The notes below the pieces were generated by a model that searched no databases, had not been told where the DNA came from, and saw nothing but the letters and a program-made list of their open reading frames with translations. A DNA stretch of 63,606 bases, the filler included, from Intoshia linei (Eukaryota > Animalia > Orthonectida), in assembly GCA_001642005.1 (NCBI GenBank). It is 5 parts of 5 records of this genome, joined end to end, with 100 filler letters (N's around TTAATTAATTAA, not from the genome) between each part and the next. Parts side by side here need not be neighbours in the genome. Positions count along the whole stretch, not along the records: positions 24,091 to 49,957 come from LWCA01000487.1; 4 more parts are not named here. One strand, written 5' to 3'. The translations under genes were made by a program, and so were the position numbers. Below, one piece after another: positions 25,634 through 40,307 of this stretch (position 1 is its first letter; the number at the start of each line of letters is the position of its first letter).

Positions 25634-26743
25634 TTATAACTTATCCGTTATATGGTAAAATACGACTATCACGCATTTGACACTTATATTAACGCTTATA
25701 TGTTTTTATTATACAGTATTATTTCCACAACTCACCAACTCTATAGCTCGCCAATTGATTATTACTGCAATATGGAAATATTAACGATTTATTCTATAAC
25801 TCTTCAATTCTCTTACTCGTCATTAATTTAAAATATAAAACTAAAAGTTTTAAACCTATTTTTCAAAATTAGTGACAATTTTATGTACTTAAGTTTTAAA
25901 TCAGGTTGAAATTCAAAATTCCTTTAAATCGTAAAAGAGAAGGTTTAATAATGCACATTAATAATACCTTTATTTAAAAAAGGGAATATGTATATTACAC
26001 TATTATAATAATACATAATATATAATATATATTACGCTTACAAAAATTGTATTTATATTCTATTCTATTTAATTATTTACTATTTATTAAACTCATTATT
26101 GAATTCAAATGTAATTTTTAGAAAATATTGAATTTAAAAAATAATTAATTAATTTCAGTTGTAAAAATTAATTTTTTGATAGGATAGATTTTAATTATTT
26201 TGTATTAAATTTTCCAATTTATGTTACAATTCATATTTTATTGCAATTTAACCTTTCATTCTTTAACATCTGTTAGTTCTATAGTATTAAATTCTCTATC
26301 TCGCGCCAAAATTTTCGAAATCCCAAGAATGGCGAGTTATAGAAAGAATACTACATATTCCTCATTATATAGAAAATTTTACATTAATTTTGAACTGGTA
26401 GCTAAGCTACCGTAGCTTCTACGGCGTAATTAAATTAATTATTCATTTAAAACATACTTATGGCAAACTACTAATACCATCTCTCGCTCTAAGAAAAACT
26501 AAAAAACTATTCTTATAGATCGAGTTTACTTAGTTTATTTTACTGTATATGCTTCATTGAGCATTTCTCAACTCAAATTTACAATATAAAAATTTTCATT
26601 GTATATTTATGAAAAAATATCTTTAGGGTTAAAATTGTCACTTTCAAATTTCAAGTACGATATAAATCTCAAAAATGATTTTATAAAATGAATTAATTAT
26701 TTTCAGGTGTACATTGTAGGTTAAATTGAATTAAAGTTATTAA

Positions 26744-27023
26744 CCTTTACGAGACAATTGCATGTACATATGTATATGCACATGTGTATATGCCAAAAAC
26801 TATACTCATAAATTTATATTGGTTGGTATAGATGCCAAAAACTAATCATAAATTTACATTGGTTTGTATACAAACCAAAATAAGGCGGTACCAATATAAA
26901 TTATGAACAAATTACTGCTCATACAATCCTAACTTATATAAAATGCAACGCGATTTTTGTTTGTATATGTGTTTGTCTAAAATTTTGCTATCAATTTTGA
27001 AAATCAGCATCGTCTCGTAAGGG
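26744..27023. mobile_element. piggyBac-type MITE
   Basis: TTAA|CCTTTACGAGAC ... GTCTCGTAAGGG|TTAA. Confidence 0.8.
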
Positions 27024-27046
27024 TTAAGAATGAACTTATTATATCA

Positions 27047-27197
27047 AGTGACCAGAAAAAATACGTACTATCAATTTTAGTTAATTTTGTGTTAAATGTA
27101 AAGCCAAAAATACTTATCTATGATGAATAAAAATTTTCGGCTTAAAATGTATTACAAATAAACTAAAAGTGATAGTACGTATTTTTCTGGCCACTTT
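27047..27197. mobile_element. Short palindromic MITE, copy 2
   Basis: Closely similar to 22250-22406. Confidence 0.65.
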
Positions 27198-27210
27198 ATA
27201 TTATATAGAG

Positions 27211-27799
27211 CAGTGTTTCCCAACCTTTTTTATGCTAGGCCCCACTTTTACTCTTAAAAAAATCGAGCGAATTATAATAAAATAATCATAAAAACAATAA
27301 TGTATTTATTTTTTAGAATTAATGAGACAATTGAGGCTGACGATTCTGACTTTTGATTCTGAGTTTATTAATATTAGGTACATATACTAATGTTGTAAGC
27401 TTTAATCGTAGATCTCCCCTTTTTGAAATTTGTAGTCTATTTATTTTTTTGTCAGTAAGTCTAAAACTGCATTAAACCCGCAATCTGCTAAATAAGAGGA
27501 TGGAAATGACAACAAAGCAATCCTAGCAAAAGTAGTTAAAGTCGGATAATTTTGTAAATTTGGCATTTTGCATATACTCATTAATTTAATTAAAATTGAA
27601 TTAAATAGCCCACGATCATTAAAGATATATTTGTTTTTTGTCATTTTAATAATTTAATAATACAATTAATTGGTTCAAGTATCACATAACCACTTATAAA
27701 CCTGAGGATATTATATAAAATTAACAATAAATTAATCTAAAGTTTTCATAATCCTATAAATTTTTAATATTTCCCAGGCCCCACGGTTGGGAAACACTG
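27211..27799 (-). mobile_element. Non-autonomous hAT (Buster/Charlie-like)
   Basis: TIRs CAGTGTTTCCCAACC / GGTTGGGAAACACTG; perfect TSD ATATAGAG; remnant LLSFPSSYLADCGFNAV. Confidence 0.9.
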
Positions 27800-27802
27800 A
27801 TA

Positions 27803-29700
27803 TAGAGTGTCCAGATTTTATAAGTACTAAATAAGTACTTTTCGAAATGTCTTAGAAACAAAAAGAACAATAAAATTTGAATTGAAAGTTCTAAAAATTT
27901 GATATTTAAAAAGAATTAACAATTTAAAAAGAATTAACAATTTAAAATATGAAATGTAAATGTTAATTTTATTGGTATTTATCATTGCAAATTATTTTTT
28001 TACATAATTATCTATGATTTTTCAAATGTTTGTAAAAATCAGTACTTTTGTTAAAATAATTACTTATGGACACACTATTTGATATTAAATTTAATTAAAG
28101 CGTCAATTTTTCATAAGTAGAAAATAAGTAGATTTTACTAAGAAACAAAAATAAACTAATCTTTCAAATTGAAACAAATTACATAATTATTACGGATGCA
28201 TATTTTAAAGTTTAATTATATTTATCACCAGAATATCTTATGACACAATTCTGTCATTTAATAATGTTTTATAGAATTCTGTGCAAGTTTCTATACTGTT
28301 TTATCTCAGTAAAATTACAGATTTTAATGTTTTCACATTTAAATTTGTTTTTTGATCAGTCCAATAATTATTGGCCATTGTAAAAATTCCTTCTACATAT
28401 GCATTAGATGAATGTAAAGAGTAATAGAATTGAAATAATTTCTTAAATTCAATATTTTCATAGAACTCTTTCCAAAGCATTATAGATTTCAAGTTTTGAA
28501 TTGAAGATTCAACTAAATTATAAATTATTACAATGATTATAATATATTACTAATCACGAATTTATTGAATATGTCATCACGACATATATGATTTAATTTG
28601 TTGATATCATTATAAATATTTACACATTGTTCTACGTTTGTCCATGTAAAATCAGTTCTATCAATTATATATAATAAAGGAGACAAAAGTGTTACAGAAA
28701 GTGTCCATTTTTTTAAATAATTGAGCAATGCCTCATAAAATCCAATTATTTTAGACTTTAAGAATAATTGTTGGTTATTATTGAATGATAATAAAATTGG
28801 AATAAATTTTGACGGTAAAAAATATGCTTTCATTCGACATTCAACGTTGTCTATTAGAAATGAAATTTTTTTTGCAGCAATTCCGAATTCAACCTAGTTA
28901 AGAATATATTTTATATATATATATAAATAAAATACCTGGTTTCCCTCAACTCTTAAAACACATTTGTGTACTAAACTACCAATATTTTCAAGAAATAATA
29001 TCCAGAAAAAAGAATATTGATTTTCAAAGAATGTTTTTAATTTGATTGATGCATCAGTATGTACAAAATAATGTTTCAATGAATACATCATATATTATTC
29101 TATTCAATGATGGAGCTAATGCTAACCACCGTGTAGCACTGTACCACAACAATGGTTTGTATTCTATTTCTAGATCTTGACATATTTTTTTTAAGATTAA
29201 TGTTCGAGATGTGTATGTATGAAAGTGAAAATAAATATTAATGATAATTTTTTTTAAATCAATTTGTAATAAATTTGACGCATTTTTAATAGCATTATTC
29301 AAAATATGCGCGTTGCACCCAGTTGCAATTAATTTAGCATCAAAAAATTGATTGAGTCTAGATAAAACATTGTTTGTTCCAGCTTGATTGATACCTCCAA
29401 AGTTGCCATTGGTATTATCAGCTGAAATGATACATTTGTATTGAACAACCCAATCATTATTGAAAATATTAGAATATTTTGGCATTTTTATATTGACAAT
29501 AAATGAAAATTTAAATTTAATATAAATATAAAATATCAGTAAATATACAGTTTAAATTGAGCCAATATCATTTTATTATGTAATATTTGGTTAAATATAT
29601 CCATAGTATTTATAATCTACTTATTTTCTACTTATTTTACATGTCAAAAAATAAGTAGTTTTTCAAAAATTAGTAGATATAAACGCTTTAATTTAAATTG
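27803..29700 (-). mobile_element. Degenerate hAT transposase (Blackjack-like)
   Basis: Broken ORFs with ISADNTNGNFGG, GCNAHILNN (CxxH), TRWLAL and SSNAYVEGIF. Terminus-like TAGAGTGTCC at 27803. Confidence 0.8.
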
Positions 29701-30089
29701 ATATTTAACTTAAATAAAATTTTGAACTTCATTGTGAAATTCACAATAAACATTTGAACAATACATTGTATTGTAGTATTGTATTGCTGTAACCAAGTAC
29801 ATTGAGTTCGTATTTATTTCTATTAAACTACAGTAGTTACTTATAGTTTCAAAAAATGACGTAATTATGGATTTTTATATTTAGTTTAAATGCAAGTTTA
29901 GTGTATTTGCATTTTCTAATATTTTAATCTTATTTTGGCTTTCAAAACAAGAAAAATATAATAATACCTACGATATGTAAATTTGAAATTTTGTTTTTAC
30001 CGAGTGTATTTTTTATTATTTTTGTAAACAGGAAATTTTATTATACAGTATTTTAATTGTTTAATATAGTTTTTTTTGAATTCGAGTCA

Positions 30090-30668
30090 TTTATAGAATA
30101 AACATGGAAATGGCTTCTGAATTGCTTAGCTATGTTTATGTGTGATAAAAATCTAATCACCCTACATTAGTATAGTTGAAACGACTCAAATATGTTTAAA
30201 CTGTGTTTAAATATTTTATCCATATTTATCGCTTTTACACAATGTATCTCTACAATTTTACTAAATTTACACTTAAATAATGAAATCTCTTTTGTGTACA
30301 ATAAAATATGTATATAAAATATTATGTTTAGAATGTTCTCACATTTGCCCATATAATTCATTTGTTTCCATATTGTCAAAATATAGAAAGAGCATGGAAG
30401 TAATAGAAGATATTTGTGAAATTGAAACATATCCACGTAGAATATATTTATTATATTATTTAACCATCAAAATAATTTAGAATTTTACAAGTATCTTTCT
30501 TTTTTTTTGATATTTTTGATAGTATTGGTATTTACTGGAATTGTTGCTGTCGGAATAAAGTCTTATGCCAACAGAATAGATGAGATTCCAATAGAATATG
30601 AAGAAGTTATAACCAGCACAAATAATGATGAGGTTGACAGTTTAGATATAAAAACAAACATTAATTAA
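30090..30668 (+). pseudogene. Acid phosphatase-like 3' exons with TM segment and acidic tail
   Basis: ECSHICPYNSFVSIL (C..CP..F motif), then LIVLVFTGIVAVGIKSYANRIDEIPIEYEE...NIN*. Mini-intron structure with apparent disruptions. Confidence 0.5.
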
Positions 30669-30702
30669 TTATTATTAAAAATTTAATTAAATTAATAAAT
30701 AT

Positions 30703-33700
30703 TTATTCTTTGATATCGTCATTTTCGTCTTTATTTAATTCATTTTCATTTTCTTCGTTATCATTTGTCATTTCACGTTTTTTTCTCATAAATGTTACGA
30801 CTATTAATCCAAAAAATACTAATATAGACAGCCCGAGAATGCTTGCCAAAATTACCGATAAAATTTGAAAAATGTCTAAATTTTTAATCAGTTAAGTTTA
30901 AATACATTTGAACCAAGCATTAAAAATGGCAATGAAAATGTTTACCGTTTTCGTCGTCTTTTGATTTGCAGTGCAATTGTACATCAGTATCATCCAATTT
31001 AGTATGTTTATTTAATATTTTGTAGAAAGTGTTAAGAGGACACAATTTTTCACATCCTATTATTAAAATATAAAGTTATATTATATTACATCTTATTATT
31101 ATTATTAGGCAAACTTTCACATACGTATATTATCAAAAATATGTATTTATGATCACACTAGTTAAACATGAAGGAAGTAAAAAAGTATTTTGAGGTTAAA
31201 TCAAAACCAAAAAAAGTATGTAGCGTAATCGTCAAATATTTTTTGAGTTTATATGCGTAATCACGACAAAGATAATGTCTATAAATATTAAAAGAAGTTA
31301 CTTTAATCTGAAAATATGTTACCTTCAATTTTTTGCAAAATTAACTGAGAATCTTCATTGACTGTTTTTCTGTAATACAATCTAATAAATTTTTCGCCTT
31401 TTTTGTTGTCCTCTAAGATATTTTCTTCAACTAATTCATAAATTAATGCATCTGTAAAGCCAGGCATTCCATCTGTTCCAACATTTAAAATTTCCATTTG
31501 AACTAATAGACTCACCATTCTCTAAATATTTATTATACATTATTATTATATTTAATAAGTGATATTACAGCGACATTAATTGTCATGACCACATTAGATG
31601 TTCCATTGGTGAAACTTTCAAATTGGTCCTTAATTTTGTGCATTAAATAACCTAAAAAATACATTTTTTATTTAATAATATGAAAAATGCTCATTGAACA
31701 TTGATCATTTACAATATAAACGGCTATGTCTGAAACTAATGGACTAAAAACTTTCTGCTAATTAATATAAATTATAATTGGCAACTCCAATGAAAAAGTT
31801 TTTATCAAATGGATTTAAATTGTTTATTAAAACTGGTCATTAATTTAATAATTCTTTTTACAACATTTTATTCGTTATCAACCAACTATCATATCTTAGC
31901 AATGTTAAATAGTTGTCAACATTCGGCGATGTAAAGATAAATGAATTACCATACTTAAAAATACATTAGCCTATAAATAAAAAATATTTAAATACTAGCT
32001 GAACATACGAAATATTATATATTATCATAATAGCAATGAAATGCCAATACCCCAAAGTGATCCTCGCTCAAGTTTTCTTTGAAAGGGTTATAATTTGATA
32101 TATCTAATTGAAAATAATAATTAAATATACTGCTCATAAAATTAGTGATTTCTTTATCTTTGAATCCAAAAGTCTCCTTAATTTCATGTAAACGGATTAT
32201 CATCTGGCCATATGTACTGTTTTTATATTTCTGATTTGCCCAACTGGGGTATTTAATATCTCCATAATGCTAATTTCAAAAATAAATATAATAATTTATA
32301 TATTCTATATAATTTGTAATTTGTAAATTATAAACTTTTGAACGTAAATTATCTCCTATTATAGCAATAGATTCCATGTCTATAGGTTGTTTCATTTTAT
32401 CACTGACCAGTTTGAATAATTCCTATAAAGTTAATTAAAATTGAAGATAATTAAATTACAGGATATTCATCTTCGTATTTCTTTAATACCGGACTCTGTT
32501 CCAAGTCAGCCATATGTTCTATTAACTTATGACATGCACCAGGGTTTAAATACTAAAAATTATTAATTATATTATATTTTTTAGATGAGTCCAATTTATA
32601 AAATGGTTAACTATAATTAATTATAAATAACTCATTTAGAATTTTAAGTGAAAAATCGGACGGTTAACGATAAACTTATATGCATGAATTATATAAATAA
32701 TATACTCCAAACATAAAGTATATTGTATCTGTACACTAGGGTCACACGTATTTTAGGATCAAGGACGAACGGAACGCATTCTGTGCATTTTCTACCACAA
32801 CGAATTACTAAAAGTAATAAAACTTTTTTTATTATCATTTTTATATTTATTACAATCCTTTTCAATATTATATAATTCACCTTAGATATGTTTATAAAGC
32901 GCTGATTCTGTTAATTATTGATACATAATTGGTATATTTAAGTAAAAAGTAATGTGATATGACGGTTCCACCTAAAACAAGTTTTGGAACCACTCTTTTA
33001 AAGGATTGGTAATAATGAATAGTACGATTTTTAAGTTAGATTTTCAACGTGAATTTATTTTTTTGGTAGAATAAAAGTGTGCCCTCGGCAGAGCTAGGTG
33101 CTGTTTTTACGTAGTACATAACAGTCAACCTAGTATAATATAATATGGAGGCCACATAAATGTTTAATAACCGATAAATATGGATATGACGTTATGAGTC
33201 GAATAAAGCTCAGTTTTAATTTTTCTATAACATTTTTATATAAGAGATTTAAAATGATTAACCCCGACTCAATACTTACTATATAATAATTATTATATAG
33301 TAATATACAGTGGTCGCTCCCTAAATTGAACAGAATTTAAATACACTCAGCGATCACTATACATGGTAAAAACATACATTTCGGCTCTTGAACATGAACA
33401 CAATTTATTGTGATTTTTCTTATAAATTTGTTGAAATTTAATTAATTTTCTATATAATTTAAGAAATTTATAAGAAAATGCGAGTTTTTCAATCTGAAAA
33501 ATTCATTCATTTTAAAATTTTGATTTTTCTCATAAATTTCACAATAAATATAGTATGAAATAATTAACTACAGTGTTCAATCTCTAAAACTTGAACACCA
33601 TCCATTTTTTTGCAGTTAGTGTTCAATTTAGAGAGCGATCACTGTAACTATATATGAATATTCCATAATTGCACAGAATGCAGTTCGTCCTTAAAATTCT

Positions 33701-34792
33701 TAAATTTTTGAAAAAATGTGATACACTATTGTATACAATACTGTTGCACAAATAAAATCAATTCTAAACTGGCATAATTGATACAATTAATTTTACAATG
33801 GCATTTTTAACCATTTCGGTGATGTTACAGTTTTCCCATTCAGATTGATCATGTCTAATATTGCTCCAAGGGTATTTTAAAAAACTGGGATTAACTATTT
33901 AAATTTTAAAATTAAAAATTTAAAATATGACAGTAGACCTGGGGAAATACTGATTTTTCGTTAGAACAAAATTATTAAATAATGATATTAGAGAAAAAAT
34001 TATTTTAAAATTTAGTCATCCAAAACATAGTATTTAATTAAATTAAATTATTTTTATGTTTAATATATGGTAAAGTTTTGATTCGCTACGAATGTCTGTC
34101 AATGAAAACAGCTTATATCACTGTAAATAAATTTATATCAGAAATTAGTTTAAGATGTTACATAATCATAATCATCATTTAAAGTAGTAACAGGTATCGG
34201 TTTCCATAGTTTAGAGTCCCATAAATTGGTTACTGACGACTTGAATAGTGCTACGTTTACTAAAAAAAAATGTTAACATCTTATGTTCAAATAAAGAACT
34301 TAAATTGGCAGTTGCTAAACAGGCATTCATATCAACACTTCGAATCTTCACCTAAATAACCAAAAGTTAATGAATAAATTACATGTTACTCTAATTGGAT
34401 TATAAATTCCAGCAATAAAGTTTTCGTTAACGTATCGATTTCTTACAAATTTTCCAAAAGCATAACTTTGAATCTCTCCTTGCTATAATTAATAAAACAT
34501 TATTTCATACATTTCATTACTTTGGTTAGTTCTTTTAAACCTTGTGGCCAAATCTTTTCATCTCCATCAAGACTAAATTGTGAGGTTCTTTCGGCATTAT
34601 GCACAAACTGAATGAAATACGTAATATATTTGTTTAAATAAATATTACCATTATAACTTTTAAAAACTTGTATTTGTCAAATTTTAAACCAATATTGTCT
34701 TCTTTCGTAACATGATCAGTATTCTTTGCTGATATGACCATTAAAAGTGCATAAATGCACGATACTGGTAAAAAATGAAAAATATTTTTCAT
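30703..34792 (-). CDS. Lysosomal/prostatic-type histidine acid phosphatase homolog, type I membrane, catalytic motif degenerate
   Basis: Signal peptide MKNIFHFLPVSCIYALLMVISA; LKVIM|FVHNAERTS...WPQGLKELTK|QGEIQSYAFGKFVRNRY|VKIRSVDMNACLATA; ALIYELV...FIRLYYR; TM ILSVILASILGLSILVFFGLIVVTFM; acidic tail and stop at 30703. Confidence 0.8.
32930..33133 (+). mobile_element. Helitron 3' fragment
   Basis: Ends GCCCTCGGCAGAGCTAGG...CTGTTTTTACGTAGTACATAACAGTCAACCTAG|T. Confidence 0.75.
33308..33644. mobile_element. Tc1/pogo-type MITE
   Basis: TA|CAGTGGTCGCTCCCTAAATTGAACA ... TGTTCAATTTAGAGAGCGATCACTG|TA. Confidence 0.85.
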
Positions 34793-35799
34793 TAAACTGA
34801 TATCTTTTAAATAAACGTTAAATAAATAGCAATAGTAATAAACTTTTAAAAGTAAACACTGTATACATTTTCGATTTTTGTGATATAATCATTAAACCTC
34901 CCCGTTTTCAGTCGTAGGGTAATTTTTTTAAATGATGGAGAATTCTTAATACTTTCCGATCTCTTTGTATCGAGAATTAAATTTTGACATTTTTGGATTA
35001 TAAGGAAGAAATTTTTCATTATGACTGGAACCGAGCTTCTTAGCTCTCTTATCATGATTACGTTTCGATTGATTCGCGTCAAATATTTAATCACATGTTC
35101 AGCTCGTTTATTCCCGCGATTGTAATGTTAAGTTAGTTTCATCAATTCTACAGGAGCACATTTGTTTCTTTTAGAGAGAGAAAATTGAATATTTTCCATT
35201 ATATTGTCTGTACTTAAATCCCATTCATTTTCATTTTTACATATAATTCTCAGTCTATCGCGAACAATACGATTTGTCTTTTTACTTTGCCATTTTCTTG
35301 ATTGTGATAATCTCTATATAGCCTTAGGGCAGGGGTTGCCAAACTTTTACATACCATGCGCCACATTTTTATCATGCGATCTCAGACGCGCCAAAAATAT
35401 TTGTGAAAGTCCAGCTATTAATATAATTTATACGTATAGAAATATAAACTATTTTAATTTTTTTACAATACAACGATACATGTATACTGTGTAGTCACTA
35501 TAACTCATACTATACTGTAGTGGTCTTTAATAAATGAGACTTTTTGGGTTTTTTTGATCACGCTAGTTTTTCAATATTTGGATTTAAATGAGTTTATGAG
35601 AGCATAATGACGTTCTTCAAAAAATATAATAAATCATTAATAAATTAAGACTTAATTATTAAAGTGCCGGTAAATCAATAATTAAGATTACCTTGCTAAT
35701 TAAAAATTAAGGAATATAAGGTGAACGGATTTTATAGTAGATTCGCAAAGTTTTCAGGTTATTTCTCCACTACCACAGATTACTGAAATAAAATGAATC

Positions 35800-36170
35800 T
35801 TATTACAATTTAAATTATCTAATTATCTTCCTCTATCAAAAATGTAGTACTCGATCGTATTTGCATATTATCAGTGAATAAATTAATTTTGCGTCTGTGA
35901 TTGCATCGATTCAATTTACAGGTAAATATTCTAAATGTCCACTATAATGATTGACTATAATTATAATATATATTTTTTCATGTGCCGAGCGAGGCATATG
36001 TCTCATTATGTCCATTTGCCAAAGATCATTAAATTTATGGACTTGAAGTGTCTTTAGTGGAGAATCTTCTCCACTATTCCTTACTTTTTGTGTATTAAAC
36101 GTCACACATTTATACATGTATGTATAATAAATACAATACAGTATTTCGAGAATGATGCAGTATCGCAACT
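35800..36170 (-). mobile_element. Gypsy integrase remnant
   Basis: YKCVTF...PLKTLQVHKFNDLWQMDIMRHMPRS...YIIIIVNHYSG. Confidence 0.7.
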
Positions 36171-37230
36171 TTCATTATTAATCTTCATAATTTATAGTTT
36201 TGATTAAAATAAATTTTTATATAAATACAATTAAATTTTTTTTATACAAACTAAATTTTATCGCGGGCACGATAACCCTGGTACATATGCATTGCAAATT
36301 AATGAAAAAAATTGTTGAAACTTTTTAAATTCTTAAAATTATCTTTAAATTATCAATGAATATGAGAAACCTTATAAAAAATTAATTATTCACTTGTTCA
36401 ACCAAATTTGTTTAAATTTGAATAAATATATTGTAGTGTGAATATTTTTTTATAAATGCAGTTTAATGAACCAATTATTCTAATTTTATCAAAATTAATT
36501 GTCAATTTATTTAAAACATAATAAACACATTTTTATATCGAAATAAACTGTACACAATTTTTCTAACCAAATTGACCCGACATCAATAATTAAAAATAGA
36601 ATATCGATTTTTACATTAATGATCGTAATATGTTACATCGTTACATTAATGATTAATAATATCGTAATATTATTTTAAGATATTATTAGGGCTATAATTA
36701 TAAAAGGTTTATTTAAGATATATATAAAAATAAAAGCATTATACTTATAGTTAAATTTTAAAATATGTAATCGATTTATTGTACATTGCACTACAAATTT
36801 TAAGTTTAATATTACTTTTATTACATCCATTCCATATGTTTTAATATTTGAAAATATTTTTTTCAATGTTATTATGCAGGACTGTTGTTGGAGCATTGTC
36901 TATTGTACTGACCACAAGTATCATTATAATTGTTATAAGTTAAATTAATTATTCACGTTTTGTATTAATAAAATTAAGAATAATAATAATATATGTATAA
37001 AATGCATTAATATCTTTAATTTGATTGTGAAATATAATATTAATATTCTATAAATTTTAAAAATAATATTTATGGTGTTGAAATTCGTACGTAATCATAC
37101 AGGTTCAAATAGAACAGACAAACTGAGTATTTTTATTTTTTTTATACTAAATATTAAACAAATGATATATTACTGGTTATTAAATTTGAAACTCCAGGAC
37201 CATTTTATTTCAACCAATTTTTTTAAATTA

Positions 37231-37693
37231 TCTTTACTTATATATGCTTTGTCTGTCTGTCTGTGTTATCGTTTATTTCAATAACTACCAGTCTTAGAAT
37301 TTTATAAAGTCTCATTTCTATTAAAGTTTTTTCCGGGTGTTAGTAAGATACATTTCAACCTCCCCAACTTACATCTTACGGGTCAAAAAGTCCAGTTTTT
37401 TTTTTGAAAATCAAAATGAGTTCGAGAATTTAAAAAAAATTACAGGTGGTACAGTTGTATTCTGTTAACACACACAAAAAATTTCAATCTGAATAAGTGA
37501 CGCCTTCACGTCCAAAAAAGCACTTTAGTATCTACCTATAACTAGTTTAGGAACCACTCCTTTAAAATATTGATAATGATGAATAGTAGGATTTTTAAGT
37601 TAGACTTTCAACGTGAATTTATTTTTTTGGTAGAATAAAAATGTACCCTAGGCAGAGCTAGGTGATGTTTTTACGTAGTACATAACAGTCTAG
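37231..37693 (+). mobile_element. Non-autonomous Helitron, full-length copy (about 460 bp)
   Basis: A|TCTTTACTTATATA...(CTGT)n...subterminal hairpin...CTAG|T. Confidence 0.8.
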
Positions 37694-40307
37694 TAAACGT
37701 ATAAAATGCAAAAAATGATTTTTTAAACATTAAAATAATATATAGTTGACACCAGATTAAGAAACATTCATTTACAACGTACTATATAATAATATATTAA
37801 TGTTAATGTTATGTATATATAAATATATACTGTATATATGCAATGTAATTATTTATGACAAAAATCCAATTATAATAAAAATTTTCAGGCACAATTAATT
37901 ACATACAGTTGCTTTTTACCAAATTATTTAAAAAATTACAATAAAAATGTTCACCCTATATTCAATATGACGAATTCGATTGAAATTGGATTATCTTTCT
38001 TCATTACACACTTACTACGTTTAATATAATTTAAAAATAAACTGGTTTATATTGTATGTTTATGTACATTGGGGTGTTCCATTTGAATTTTTTCAACTTT
38101 TTTATACTGAAAATATTATATATCTATTAGGAATATATAGTCTTAACAATTTTAGTGGTCTGTTAACATCGATAAATTATTTATAATTTACAAATGCATG
38201 TCGATGAAATATTTATATTTTTTAATTTTAATAAATTTAAAAATTTGCAAAATAAATCTCAATACGATAATAACAAATTATACTGCATTTAATCATAATC
38301 TTGAAAGTTTTTAAAATGAGAAATTGGATAGCAATGATAAAAAAAACAGAAGAATTTATATATGAGACTAAATTTTATATTTTTATGTTTAAAATGTGTA
38401 TAAGTCAATTAATATAATTTTAAAATCACAATTTTAATCTTATTAAATTAATCAATTAAAAAATTTGAAAAATATTTATTGTACAATGTACATTATTGAT
38501 ATCCAATACTTATATAAAAATGAATTTCTGTGTGTGTGTTTGCGTGTGTATAACCATTTATTGAACAAATTGATAGTCGCAAAATTTTAAAAAAACCCAA
38601 CTTCTCATACCATCATATTTTTAAAATAAGTCAAAATTTTACAATTATGACAGAGTTTGTTATCTAAGTAACATAAAATACGTATTATCTAAGTATAAAA
38701 TATGGCCACACTAACTATAATAATGTGGCCCGCTTAATCTGTCACTATTAAGTATGTATTTTTCTATAATTATTAAAATAATAAATTAGGAATTTATATC
38801 TATTATATATATATATTTATTATATTTATATATTTTATTATATTATTATATTATATATATTTATATCCCAGTTGTCATAATACTTATATCATTATCTATA
38901 ATTGTGACTGTTATAATATTAAATTGCCATCATAAAAACACCAAAGTTCCAGTTTAAATAAATGTTCTGTTACAAATATTTGATACATATATGCTTTCAA
39001 CCACATTTTTTATTTAAAAATCACTGTCATGCCGTCGATTATTTCAATGCACCATGTATAAAGTTTTCTTTAAATAGGTATGTATATTTTTACTATATAT
39101 AAACCGCCTAAACAACAATGCCGAACCTACTGTATCTGAGGTCCCTCTTCGATTAGGCTAAATAATTGTAATATGATGGCATCGTTTTTGCAAATTGAGA
39201 ATTAAGAAAATTATATTGTTGAGTATCATATTAATACATTCATCTATTTTTTCGGTAAAATTTTGTTTAATTTTAAATTCTGTTTTGATTTATTTTCAAA
39301 TATACGTATTTATGGTCACACTAGCTAAGATCTAAAAGTTGTTTATAATAATTTTGCTGTGTAAGTCGTTGAGCTGTCACTAAAAGAAACGCTATCGATT
39401 GCTATAACAATTCTAAAAATAGAAATTTGTATCTCAAAGACACACCTTGTTATGGAAGTTAATTGAGCGGTTTAATAAAATTTTTTATGAAATTTACATT
39501 AAACCACAAGGAAGATGCAGAAAAAATAGAAGCTCCCACAATTATTTAGAGACAGGCTGTCTGAATTGAAACCGGTACACATTTTGAGTATGGGTTTCGC
39601 ATAGTTTACGTGACAACAACTAAAATTAATGTTCTTCAATCTCCATTGGTTTGCTTGCTCTTCGCCGCTCAATTCATGAAAACAATGAAGAATTTTTTAC
39701 CTAATTTTATAGGCTACGAAAAATGGCACATTTTTATCAAAATAAAGTAGCGCTAGGAATGACTTAACCCTGGTAAAAATGATGCACCGCAAGAAAGCGG
39801 TGTCATATTATAAATTTACATGTTTTAATTATTGTTTAATGCAATTCAATTAAAGTAAGTATTAATTAATCGTATTGGATTATACAGTGTAAATCACCAT
39901 TGAAGATATGTAAAATTTTAATAAAGATCTAAATTATTAATATTATATTTATGATTCTAAATGTTAATAACTCTAAAATAGCCTAATATTGTAATTTTAC
40001 TACCAAATTTTCTCATATTTATATTTCTTTGACACGCGGATATTGAATTTTTTAAAAAATAAAGGAAAACAAGGGTGCGTATTTAATGGTTCAAACCCAC
40101 GATAAATATTAATTTTGATTACGTTATGTTAGGATATTAGACAATAATAGATAACAAATATTTTTGACTAAGTATATTAAATAGAGCGCAATATCTAGTG
40201 TAAAACAAAATTATAAACTAAAAATAAAATGTCTTCATTTTCCAATCAATCCATCCTGGCATGTGACAAATATTTTTACAGAATTATTTATTTTAAATTA
40301 ATGTAAA

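Noticed and set aside
34846-35494. ORFs 34846-35094 and 35204-35494
   Set aside because: No recognisable motifs, non-ATG starts, and overlap with hAT terminal sequence. Probably TE debris.
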